From assembly GCA_002269645.1 (NCBI GenBank), contig NIVC01003152.1, forward strand, positions 1-64,000: a DNA stretch of 64,000 nucleotides. The letters are read 5' to 3'. Made by a program: the position numbers and the translations under genes. This document shows, one piece after another, positions 43,653-55,823 of this stretch. The DNA comes from Macrostomum lignano. Taxonomy: Eukaryota. The notes below the pieces were generated by a model. The model saw only the letters and a list, made by a program, of their open reading frames with translations, made no database searches and was not told the origin of the DNA. The stretch's first letter is position 1, and each line of letters opens with the position of its first letter.

Positions 43653-44704
43653 TATGTTAGCAAGCAAATAAAGAAAACAGTAAGGAAGGCTGATTAACAC
43701 AATTTGTTTTGTCATCGAATGATGTATTGGCATTGGCACAAGCAGACAGACAGACAAAAAACACGTGAAAACTGTCGGTTGTGACCACTAATAGGCACAC
43801 AAAATGTGATATAGATATATTTAATTCCCAAACATAGATTTTGGCAGCTGTTGCTTAAAAGGTATAATTAAATGGTAGGACATAAGGAGACACTTGAAGC
43901 AATATTTGCAACAATAATGGCAATACAAAATATAGCAATCCAATTAAACCCAAGAGCAAGCAATATAATCATTAGTGAGAGTGTCAGGGGGATTAGCGGA
44001 ATTTAAACAATGTTCGGCCATTGTGAGGCTTTAATAGCATTGCTGGATTCTTCCACAGATTTTTAAATAGCTAGCTACTCAGGCTTAACACACCCACCCT
44101 TTCAATTTCGAAGCTGAAAAGATGTTATAATAATAAAAAGCACACAGGAGCACCAGTTTAAAAAAAAACAGAGAGATTGTAAAAGCAGATACTCGTAGCT
44201 AACTAATTGGACAACAAAACAACAAAATAGTGGGACCAATAATTATAAAAGCCAAAAAAAGATTCAGCAACAGTATAGTATATAGTAAAGTGAAGACATT
44301 ATAAAAATAAAAACGTATGTAAATAAATATTTTTGTTACAAAAAAGTCAAAATTAAAATTGAGAGACAAAGCCATTTATGTTTCTTTGCGTAGTTGTTTA
44401 AATAAACAAATATATAGCAAACAAAGAGTACAGACACTAATTAAAATCGATACAAAAGTCCAGCTGTGTCGCAGAAATAAAAACAAATTATAATGATAAA
44501 TTATACAATAAATTAAATCCAATTATCATACAGAAAAAACTACTGTGAGCAAAAAATTACTATGGAAGCTAAATTTTCAATATGATTACAACACGCTTCA
44601 GATATGCCCGATAGTAGAATATCAGATTGTTGATAAACAAATTAGATTCGATTATTAATAATATTAATAAATGACGGACACACAAAGATCCATGTTTTTG
44701 GCCA

Positions 44705-47700
44705 CTAGAAGCCAGGCCTGCTGTACGGGTGGCTCCTGGCACCGCTGCCGCCTGCACCGCCGCCCACATGCTGTCGCGACTTCATTGGACCTGCAACACA
44801 GGGGGCAAATGATGATACAGTTCGGATCTTCACACACTCGATGCTTCACACACTCGATGCTTCACACACTCGATGCTTCACACACTCGATGCTTCACACA
44901 CTCGATGCTTCACACACTCGATGCTTCACACACTCGATGCTTCACACACTCGATGCTTCACACACTCGATGCTTCACAAGATCAAATATTCACACAATCG
45001 ATGCATCACACACTCAAAGCTTCACACACTCGATGCTTCACACATTCGAAGCTTCACACACTCGATGCTTCACAAACTCAAAGCTTCACACACTCGAAGC
45101 TTCACACACTTGATGCTTCACAAACTCGATGCTTCACAAACTCGATGCTTCACACACTCGATGCTTCACACACTCGATGCTTCACACACTCAAATCTTCA
45201 CACACTCGAAGCTCCTACTTGATGAAACGCACAGCAAAAAAACTCACCAGTCTGACCGCCCATGTCGAGTCCACCAGAAGCGGCAGCAGCAGCAGCAGCA
45301 GCGGCGGCTGCGGCTCCGCCAGGGTAGGAGATCAGTGACGACATGATGGAGGATGTCGACGGATCGACAGCGCCGCCGCTGCTGCCGGCAGACGACGTCG
45401 AAGTGGCTGCGGCGGCGGCGGCCGCCATCAGATAGGCGGACAGGTCGGCGCCGCTAGGAGCGCCGGTAGCCGCCGCAGACACGACCGGCGTTTGAAAAAT
45501 TGGCAAGCCGCCAAGATGGCCCTGCTGTAGGAGATACTGCTGAGCAGCGAGTTGCTGTTGTTGCTGCTGTTGAAGTCCCACAGCGGCGACAGACGTTGGC
45601 AAGCGGAGAAAGCTGGCAGGATTAAACTGCTGCTGCTGTTGCTGGGCAGCCGCGGCGGCAGCGGCCATGGACAGCGCATTGGCCGCGTTTGACGCTCGGG
45701 TGGCCTCTGCGACGGGTATAAAATTTGTTATAAATTTAAATTTGATTATTTGGATAAATTAGGCCAAAAAGACGAGATAAGCTTGAATTGATACTCTTGT
45801 TAGTAGTAGTCTAGCACATAGTTTGCTCGTTGAATAATAATAATAATAATAGTAGTGGTAGTAGTAGTAGTAGTATATAGTAGCAGTAGCAGTAGTACTA
45901 CCACTACTGTTACTACTACTACTACCACTACTACTACTGTTACTACCACTGCTACTACTACTACTGTTACTACTGCTGCTGCTACTACTGCTACTACTAC
46001 TAGTGTTACTACTACTGCTACTACTACTACTACTGCTACTACTACTAGTGTTACTACTACTGCTACTACTACTACTACTTATACTACTACTGCTACTACT
46101 ACTATTGTTTTTAATACAACTACTACTACTACTACTAGTGGTAGTAGTAGTAGTAGCAGCAGTAGTGGTAGTAGTAGTAGTAACAGTAGTGGTAGTAGAA
46201 GCAGAATTATACTATTACAATACTACTTTTAGCTGTATAACAGTAGTATAAAACGAACAGTAGTATCACATAACACAGGCAATACCAAGTAATTATCATA
46301 CAAGTACTAACTTGTTGAGGGTAGTAATTTTTAAGTAATATATTCTATCAAACCATATTGATATAAACATACAAAATACTAACTACAACAGACAATGCTA
46401 ATTTTTTGTTATATCTAGTTACTAGCGCAAATTATACATTATATAAGCAAGCCCATTAGCTTTTGCGTGCAATTTAAATAAATTTGAAGAGAATATTATT
46501 CAGTGCAATATTTGTTACAATGTTATTTAAAACACAACATTCACAACATTAGCAACATCATTCTTATCATACTACTTGTTAGTATCTTCAATATGAATAG
46601 CTCACGAATTTGGGTTAAAAGTACATTTATTACATATATTGATACTAAATTTGGAGACGAAAAAACCAAAACTGGAGGATCGGCATAAATAGTCGTTTCT
46701 TGGAAATGTTTTTGAAGGCTCGATGGGCCCAATGGCGACACCAATGGGGATTTGAACCCCAATGCCAAATTGACAACCCGTTTTTCTAAGGTTGATGCCA
46801 ACAAATTAAATTATCAAGAACTACAATTTAGAATAATGATTAAATTGGAAAGAGAACTCAAAGGCCAAATTGAAATCATGTTTTGTTTGAATTCAAATCG
46901 CAAATGTATTTTTTCTGAAATTCTAAATTCTGTTTATCATATTCTAAGAATCTGTTATAAATTTGAGTGGCAAATAGCAATGAGTTGCCATATTTAGGAA
47001 TTTTCTTCTAAATTTTCGAACTTATTTATTGATGCAAATTCATTGATTGATTGATTCTGACTAAAAAGAGCTCACACATACACACACCTGTTAAACATGC
47101 TTTAATAATCAATGAGAACACAGGGACAAGTAGTCTTTGTGCAGTATCACAACATAGCAATCACAGCACTACGACAACATCATGCCAACAACACAGACTT
47201 GTAGGGCCTTACGCAACTGCCCAGCCAATTGTAGACAGTTAAACACTCGGACACCCTGCTGTCCGGACAGTGGTGGCCGAAAATTGCCTTTCAACAGGGC
47301 AAACTCGGCCAGTTGACAGCGCTTGGCCGAGTCTTCGCCATTTTGTTGCTAATTACCGCGGGATTAACGAAATGTTAAATAATTAATGCTTTTTAGAGTG
47401 TAAATATTGTAATACTATAAATATTGTATATAAAACTATATTGGTGAAAAAGCGATTAAGAATATGATTAAAAAGGATTAAAACACGGCAGAATGATGGG
47501 TTATATTTACTGTCAGATAATAAAGCAGGGCAATTTTTTACCATTCATAGCGGCAACCTCCATTAGTTGCATTTGTTTTAATCTGTCCTCGTTCTCCGGC
47601 TAAATTTGTATTGAAACCAAGCATTAAATGCACTACTGACAAGTAGAAATGCAAGCAAATGTCAAGGATCAAATATTTAGGCCTGTTTTCTACTGGACAA

Positions 47701-50700
47701 TACAATGATTGCATTTGATTTGAGGCAGAGAAGCTAGCCTTAAGCGAGGCCTAAGTCTAGGTCAATAATAATACGAAAATATATATTAGTAAACATTGTC
47801 TACCTATAATTATTTAGACAGGTGTAGGAATATAGCAACTAGTATGCATTTAAACCAACAAAAATGGCGAATAATGTTGTACATGCTAAATTAAAGGAAT
47901 GGTAATATTCACTGCCCTAGATCAGATCCTATCATGGATATTTTCATGAAAAAATATTTTTGAATTTCAAGTCCTGTTATACGACTGTAGCGGTTCTTGG
48001 CAAATATATTGTGTAGTTTTTGTATCTAGTAAAACAACCAAATTGCAAATAAGTTCATACCATTTTAACCGCCTGTTCGAGGAAAATTCGAATTTCATCT
48101 GCGGCTCGTTTGGCTTTGATCTCGGCTCGATTCTGATGATCTTCAACCGATACGAGAACGTGCAAATCCTCGGACAGGTGCTCCCAATTTGGCTTGCCGC
48201 GATTCTGATCTTCCTGGATGTTACAGTTGTAATAATCAATTAGTTAATTCGTTTCTTTTATTAAAATCAATTGGAGACTGTTGAGCTCAAAATTATTAGT
48301 GGCTTTTCATAGAATATTTACCGCCACTCCTTATAATGTAATCTATCTACCACTAGTCATTATAGTGTAATCTATCTACCACTAGTCATTATAGTGTAAT
48401 CTATCTACCACTAGTCATTATAGTGTAATCTATCTACCACTAGTCATTATAGTGTAATCTATCTACCACTGGTCATTATAGTGTAATCTATCTACCACTA
48501 GTCATTATAGTGTAATCTATCTACCACTAGTCATTACAGTGTAATCTATCTACCACTAGCCATTACAGTGTAATCTATCTATTTAGTCATTACAGTGTAA
48601 TCTATCTATTTAGTCATTACAGTGTAATCTATCTACCACTAGTCATTACAGTGTAATCTATCTACCACTAGTCATTACAGTGTAATCTATCTACCACTAG
48701 TCATTACAGTGTAATCTATCTACCACTAGTCATTACAGTGTAATCTATCTACCACTAGTCAGTCTAGTCATTACAGTGTAATCTATCTACCACTAGTCAT
48801 TACAGTGTAATCTATCTACCACTAGCCATTACAGTGTAATCTATCTATTTAGTCATTACAGTGTAATCTATCTACCACTAGTCATTACAGTGTAATCTAT
48901 CTACCACTAGTCATTACAGTGTAATCTATCTACCACTAGTCATTACAGTGTAATCTATCTACCACTAGTCATTACAGTGTAATCTATCTACCACTAGCCA
49001 TTACAGTGTAATCTATCTATTTAGTCATTACAGTGTAATCTATCTATTTAGTTATTACAGTGTAATCTATCTACCACTAGTCATTACAGTGTAATCTATC
49101 TACCACTAGTCATTCTAGTGTAATCTATCTACCAGCTACTAGTCCGACTCAATTAAAATGCACAAACTCACATCTGTAGCCAGTAAATATATCATGCACA
49201 CTAGTTGAATGGATTAACCTACAACTAATATTAAAGACTAGATGATGTGAAGAAAACAAGAAGCACAGCTGACCCACTAACTTTTTTCTTGTCCCGCATG
49301 GAGCCTTTCCCGCGAACCATAATCTTGCAATCCAGATCGGTCTCCAGCTGCTTAGCTGTCATGCCTCGCGGGCCGAGCAGTCTGCCAACAAAATTATAAT
49401 TAGGATTCTCTTTCACAGGGATGTAAACTTTCTCTTGCACAGTTACGATCGGGCCTTCGCCTTCGGGTAGGTCTTCGGTGTGACGACGAGAGGATCCATT
49501 CTGATGGTAGAGATGGCTCCTGGCGCGGCTGATTTCTAAGGAAAACGTCAATAGGGCAATATTTTGTAATTTTGAGAATACTACTAACAAGTAGCGAGTT
49601 GGGAATATTTAAAATATATCCAAAAACACTTGTCCTGGATTTAAACTCTTCAAGCACTAATAAATATACTCAAAATAGCTTTAATAATTTATAATAAACT
49701 TTAGCCATAAAGTTGCACAAATATCTAGCTCAAATTCAAATGTTTATTTAGTTTATTAATGAGTACTATTTTATTTTGAAGTTAGGATTACTACAAGAGC
49801 ATATGCAATAGTGGTTACATGACCATCTTTATAGAAGTGGTAACTATACAAAAGGATAGTACAATACTGCCAAGACTCGGACAGGAAAGCTATAGAAAAA
49901 GTATGAATACAAGTATATTATGCAGTTTATATAGTATCATTCAAGCAAAGGGACTACATGTAAAGAAGATGGTCCAGACTACACTATGTATACATGTACC
50001 CAGTAGCAAGCTAGGAGTAACTAGATTTTTTGTTTTTTATGGCAAAAAAAGTATTTTAATTCCAAGTAGCAATGAGGAACTCTACTTATCCAGTTGTTGA
50101 AATATGCAGTTGGACTCAAACTAGTGTTCCACTATAGCTATGGCTACAGCTATGGGATTTTACAGCAAATATGGTAAAATAGGTGCCTATAGCAGCTATG
50201 AATATACCTATGGTAGATAGTTGCTCTTATGGCTATAACTATAGAAAAATGGTAATTTTAATTGCAGTCACATTCTGTAGTTTACTGTAGCTTTAATTAT
50301 ATATTAAAAAAATTAAATATTAGAGGTAAAATAAAACAAAGATGCTTAGTATAAATTGCATCACAGATTCAAAAACTTAAAAATTATACCTTATATAGTA
50401 CAATAAAATACTAACAAATTCTTACTTTTATCAATGTTAAAAAGTTTAGTAGTGGTACTTTCAGTAGTATCTTAATTATCTTAGTTATCTAAATTTATTT
50501 GCAGTCTTAATTTATTTGCAGTTTTAATTTATTTGCAGTCTTAATTTATTTGCAGTCTTTATTTATTTACAGTCTTAATTTATTTGCAGTCTTAATTTAT
50601 TTGCAGTCTTAATTTATTTGCAGTCTTAATTTATTTGCAGTCTTAATTTATTTGCAGTCTTAATTTATTTGCAGTCTTAATTTATTTGCAGTCTTAATTT

Positions 50701-53700
50701 ATTTGCAGTCTTAATTTATTTGCAGTCTTAATTTATTTGCAGTCTTAATTTATTTGCAGTCTTAATTTATTTGCAGTCTTAATTTATTTGCAGTCTTAAT
50801 TTATTTGCAGTCTTAATTTATTTGCAGTCTTAATTTATTTGCAGTCTTAATTTATTTGCAGTCTTAATTTATTTGCAGTCTTAATTTATTTGAGTCTTAA
50901 TTTATTTGCAGTCTTAATTTATTTGCAGTCTTAATTTATTTGCAGTCTTAATTTATTTGCAGTCTTAATTTATTTGCAGTCTTAATTTATTTGCAGTCTT
51001 AATTTATTTGCAGTCTTAATTTATTTGCAGTCTTAATTTATTTGCAGTCTTAATTTATTTGCACCACGGTGCAGATAAATGCCGCTACCTCCTCGTGGTG
51101 AAAGTGGAGAGCCGCGCTTAACTGCTGCGGTGGCCAAATGTGGCAGGACCAAGCGAGGGCAGCGGAGCACGCGTCGGCGAGTTGAATGCCGTCGTGAGCA
51201 AAACTGGCGAGGTCAGCAACGTGGCGCCGCCCGCCGAGCTGCTGCTGCGCTGGCCCAATTGGATCTTCCGGGTGGCGCCGGGGACCATGAGGCTCACCAG
51301 CATCGAGCCCCAGCCATACCAGAGGGCACGCTTTGGGTTGGGACGCTGAACTGCCGCACTCTTAAGGCCACATGGCGGAGAGGGCTGCTGGCGAGGCTAG
51401 CGCTCGACCTCAGCTGTGATGTCATTGCACTACAGGAGGTGTCTATCAGAGCCGACCCCGGACTTCACTGTGAGGACCTGGGCACCGGTTGGACACTCTG
51501 GTACACCTCAGCGGATGAGCGAGGCTGTGGAGGAGTTGGAGCGCTGATCGGACCGAGGCTGCAGCAGAGCTATCGCTGCATCTCCCTGTCTTCTCGGCTG
51601 CTTTGGGTCGACGTCCGGCTTCGCGGCCGGAACACCCGCCTGTTCTGCGTGTATGCGCCGCCTGCTACCCGCTCCGATGACGCTCAGGCCTTCTTCGAGC
51701 AACTCTCGGTGCGGGTGGAGGAGATGGTGCAACGTGACACAGTGGTCATTCTCGGAGACCTGAACGCAGTTCTGCGTAGGTCCGAGCGATCGCTGTTTGT
51801 GACAGCGCGCGAGAACGGCAACACCGGAGCGCTAGAGGACTTCCTGGAGAGACAGGACATGGTGTCGGCCAACACCAGATTCCGCAAGTCACTGGGCAGG
51901 CTCGCGACCTTCGTGGGCTGCAAGCGGAGGCCGCGGAACGTGCCCGGCCGGAATGCTACGCGGAGGCTGGCACAGCTCGACCACGTGCTTGTGCGCTTTC
52001 GTGAGCGCCGCCGCGTCACCAACTGCCACACCATTACGCCGCTGGCTCTGCGGTCCGACCATCGGCTGCTCATCTGCGACCTTCGGCTTCGGGACCCGCT
52101 CTACTGTCCGCCAAAGCGGCCACCGCGGCGCTACTACCGCGCGCTCAGGGACGCCGAGACGCGACGTCGCTTTGCTGGTGCCTTTGTCACTGCGCTGGGC
52201 GACAAGCGTGGAGGAGCCGAGTACGCGGAGGTGAGCGCTGCAGTTCGAGCCGCTGCGGAGCAAGCAGTCCCGCTGATGCGACCGGCCCAGCGCGGGCAGC
52301 CGGTCTGGCAGGACGACCCCGCGATCGACGAAGCGAGGGAAGATCTGGAGAGGCTCCGACTGAGTGGGCGGCCAACTCGCGAGGCGGAGGAGGCTCTGGC
52401 GGCTGTCTACCTGCAGCGGCAGCAGTCCGCTGTCGATGACGCCATCCAAGCCATCTCTGCCGCAGGGCCCGATGCCAGAGTGCGCGTGGCCTGGTCCGCC
52501 ATCAACACTCTGACGGGGCAAAAGCGGCGCATCGCGCTCAACCTGGCAGGCGACACTCCGGATGAGCGCAGGAACGAGCTGCGCGAGTTCTTCGCCACCA
52601 TTGTCAACGCGCCGCCCCCTCCGCTTCCAGAAAAGCTGAGGCTGCCGCCAGAGACACCTTTGCCGGCGGAGGAGAGCTTCAATGTTGCCCCAGTCAGCAC
52701 AGCCAATGTTGTGAAGTTTGCTCGGCAGTCGCCAGGCAGCAAAGCGCTTGGTCCGGACGAGGTGCCCACCGAGGCGCTGCGGATCCACTGCGTGGCCACT
52801 GAGGTCGCCAGAGTGATGAACCGCGTGCTTTTCGGTGAGGTGGCGCCAAACGAATGGACCACGGCGCACATCGTCGCCATTCCAAAGAAGCCGGGCACCA
52901 CCAAGCTCGAGGAGCATCGAGGCATCTGCCTACAGTCCTGCGCCGCGAAGCTGTTCAACCGCATGCTGCTTTCGCGGTTACAGCCTGTGCTGGACCCGTA
53001 CCTGCGACCTGAGCAGAACGGATTCCGGCCCCATCGCGGCACAGTGACGCAGATCCTGGCTCTTCGACAAGTCATCAAGGAGGCGCGCATCCGCCAGTTG
53101 ACCCTGATCCTGATCTTCGTCGATTTCAGGAAGGCTTTTGACTCGGTCATGAGGGACGCGCTCCCAGAGGTGCTCCGTGCGTACAACGTGCCAGAGCTGC
53201 TGATTTCTGCTGTCATGGCGCTGTACCACGGCACGACGGCTGCTGTCTCAACACCGGACGGCCTATCGGATTTCTTCGAGACATCCTCCGGGGTGCTCCA
53301 GGGAGATACGCTAGCGCCGTTCCTATTTATTCTGGTGCTTGACTGGGTGCTACGGACTGCTCTGCCTTCCAACGACGATGGCTTCCTGCTGCGGCGACGC
53401 GTGGGTTGACGCCAACCGGAGAGACGGCTCAGCATGCTTGGCTACGCCGATGACCTCGCCCTGCTGTCCTCGACCGTCGAGGGCGCCCAACGACAGCTGG
53501 ATAGGCTGGTTGCCGTTGCGGCGAGCGTCGGCCTGGTGGTCAACACGCAGAAGACCGTCGTGCTATGCGTGCCGGCATACATGCGCAACAGTCGGCCGAG
53601 TCGGCCGATCTGGCCGACCGATTTGGCGGCCAACCAAGGAAGTCGCAAAAATGCCCACCCGAAAAAACACCCAAGTAGTAGTACTAAGTAGCTGACGAGG

Positions 53701-55823
53701 CATTTTGACTTAATAAGACAGTCATAGTTACTCCTGCCGTTTACCCAAAGTTGCGTTAATTTTGCTTTAGGGTTTTTTTACATGTAAGTCGCATTTTTGG
53801 CCAAAAACTGCGTCGCATTTTTGTTAAAACTTAGTCGCATGGCCGACCGAATTTTGGAGGTTGCGCATGTATGCGTGCCGGACGACACCGAGGCTGCAAT
53901 CTTCTGCCGAGGCGCTGACGGACAGGCGAGTGAGCTTTCAAGATGTCAGCAGTTCGTCTACCTCGGCGGTCTGGTTCCCGACGTCCGCGAGGATCTGCGG
54001 CGTCGCCGAGGACTTGCTTGGGCTGCCTTTCGTTCTATAAGGTCAGTCCTGCAGTCCGAGGCCCTACCGGACTGCCAGAGGGCGGCGCTGTTCCAGGCGG
54101 TGATCGAGACCGTCCTGTTATACAACGCCGAGACCTGGACGCTGACAGACTCGCTCGAGGCTCAAGTCGACGCGGCGCATGCTGGCCTGCTGCGCGCCGC
54201 CTTCAAGATCGGCAACGAGCGAGTCACCAACACGGCGCTCTATCATCGCGCCGGCCTGGCCTATCCTAGCAATCTGCTGCGCCGTCAGCGACTCCAGCTG
54301 GCAGGCCACGTCATCCACGCCGAGGCCTACTGTCCGGAGCCGGTGCAGGAGGTGCTGCTACTTACATTGCAGGCACCCTAGCGGCAGGGACAGGCGAAGA
54401 CTCAGCGCTACGTCGACTGTCTGCTGGCTGACGCCGGCGCCCCGGACTCTGCCGGCGGTGCGGCTTTTGTTCGCGCCCAAGCTGCTCTATATAGCCTTTT
54501 AAGTTAATAAAAGTATAAAGACCAAGGCCTTATAGGATTAGGCCAATCTGCAGCACCCATTTATCATCTTGCATTAGTAGTAACTTCAATTGGCTTGGCA
54601 AGTCATGTGACATAAGTTGAGTTGAGGGTTAGGCCTACTACCCTTACCCTAAAACAAAATTAACACAACTTTAGGTAAATGGCAGGAGTAACTATGACTG
54701 TCTTATTAGGGCAAAATGCATTGTTATCTACTTAGTACTACTAGGGTATTTATTTGTTTGAGCATTTTTGCAACGTACCTTGGTTGGTTGGCTGCCAAAT
54801 CAGTTGGCCAGATCGGCCAACTGTTGCGCATGTACGCTCATTTAGACAAGGTTAGGCCTAAACCTGTCAATATTTAGACTGCTTCTTATGTGATACCAAG
54901 GTGCCTAACAATGCTAATACTATGCCAATAGGGACTAAGGTAGACTTTGTCTATTCTTAGGCTCTATAGCATGCTATCTAATGCACCTATTTCTAACTAT
55001 GACCTTATATGCGTGGTTGCATAATTTGTTATTGTTATTGTTATTTAATTTATTAGATGTCATAAAATGAAGCTAAGGCCTAAGTTAAGTTAGCCTAAAA
55101 TTAAGGAAAGGAATATAAGATAAAAAATGTCATTTTTTATAGGCATGAGAAGGCACCAAGATGTAGGCCTAGGTAAAATTGCATCTTAATTCTTAGGCCT
55201 AAATCAAACTTTAGGATTTGATTTAAAGATTCAAGATATTATTTAACATTTATATTATTTTTAAAAAAACCTAGCCTAGGCTAGGGTTTTCACTAAAGCC
55301 TAATGGCTAATGCTAAGATAGGCTTACAAAATTGTATCTAAGACTAGGTCTTAGACATAGGCCTAAGGTCTAAAATTTGAGGATGCAATTTTGAAAGTCA
55401 AGATGCTAAATATCTTTATTGCACAAAAAACTAACATTAGGCCTAGAGTGTAGACCTATTATATTGACAATTGACATTGTTAATGTAATGTTATTAATAA
55501 AATTATCATTAGCATTACCATTATGGCATTAGTAGGCCTAGGCTTTTAATTTGATTAGGCCCCTAATACTAGGCCTAAATTAAATCACAAGAGTAAGACT
55601 TGGACATACCTGTATCTAAGATTCTTTCAACATGATGGAAGGCATTTGGAAAGCTCTGTAGACTTCTTTTATCTTTAAGTAGTTCTTGATAATACTCAGG
55701 TGTCACAACTGCAATATTATTGTCTGGTGAAGTAGCCATCCCCATAGATGAAGACAAACTATTGACACCTGGTGAAGGCTGTGGGCCTAGCAAATGCGAT
55801 TGTACATTAGATTCTGAGCTCAT
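44705..55823 (-). CDS. QKI: Quaking/How/ASD-2-like STAR-family KH RNA-binding protein, ~433 aa, 6 exons
   Basis: Exons 55823-55610, 49535-49282, 48213-48061, 47348-47213, 45706-45248, 44790-44705 in phase. QUA1 [24 protein letters not shown]; [57 protein letters not shown]; QUA2 [18 protein letters not shown]; C-terminal RSHPYSR (QKI-5/How(L)-type nuclear signal). The donor of exon 4 has a weaker alternative. Confidence 0.95.
44830..45210. repeat. 16-bp minisatellite ACACACTCGATGCTTC (QKI last intron)
   Basis: Direct reading. Confidence 0.95.
45850..46200. repeat. (TAC/TAG)n microsatellite
   Basis: Direct reading. Confidence 0.95.
48333..49135. repeat. 29-bp minisatellite GTGTAATCTATCTACCACTAGTCATTAYA (QKI intron 2), ~27 copies
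   Basis: Direct reading. Confidence 0.95.
50490..51063. repeat. 17-bp minisatellite TTAATTTATTTGCAGTC, ~33 copies
   Basis: Direct reading; abuts the LINE 5' end. Confidence 0.97.
51064..54510 (+). mobile_element. RTE-like non-LTR retrotransposon (AP endonuclease + RT), near full-length but inactivated; antisense in QKI intron 1
   Basis: ORF from 51079: APE ([33 protein letters not shown]), RT ([36 protein letters not shown]). TGA stop at 53407-53409, MITE insertion at 53576, second stop at 54379. C-terminus [17 protein letters not shown]. Confidence 0.92.
53576..53873. mobile_element. hAT-type MITE (298 bp) inserted into the RT region
   Basis: Perfect 14-bp TIR CATACATGCGCAAC / GTTGCGCATGTATG and 8-bp TSD CGTGCCGG (53568-53575, 53874-53881). 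Removing it restores [14 protein letters not shown]. Confidence 0.93.
54647..54836 (-). mobile_element. Older, inverted partial copy of the 298-bp hAT MITE
   Basis: Aligns to the reverse complement of ~53576-53772 and ends GTTGCGCATGTACG. Confidence 0.75.

Noticed and set aside
51889-53435. 342-aa antisense ORFs
   Set aside because: Shadow ORFs of the GC-rich LINE coding strand.
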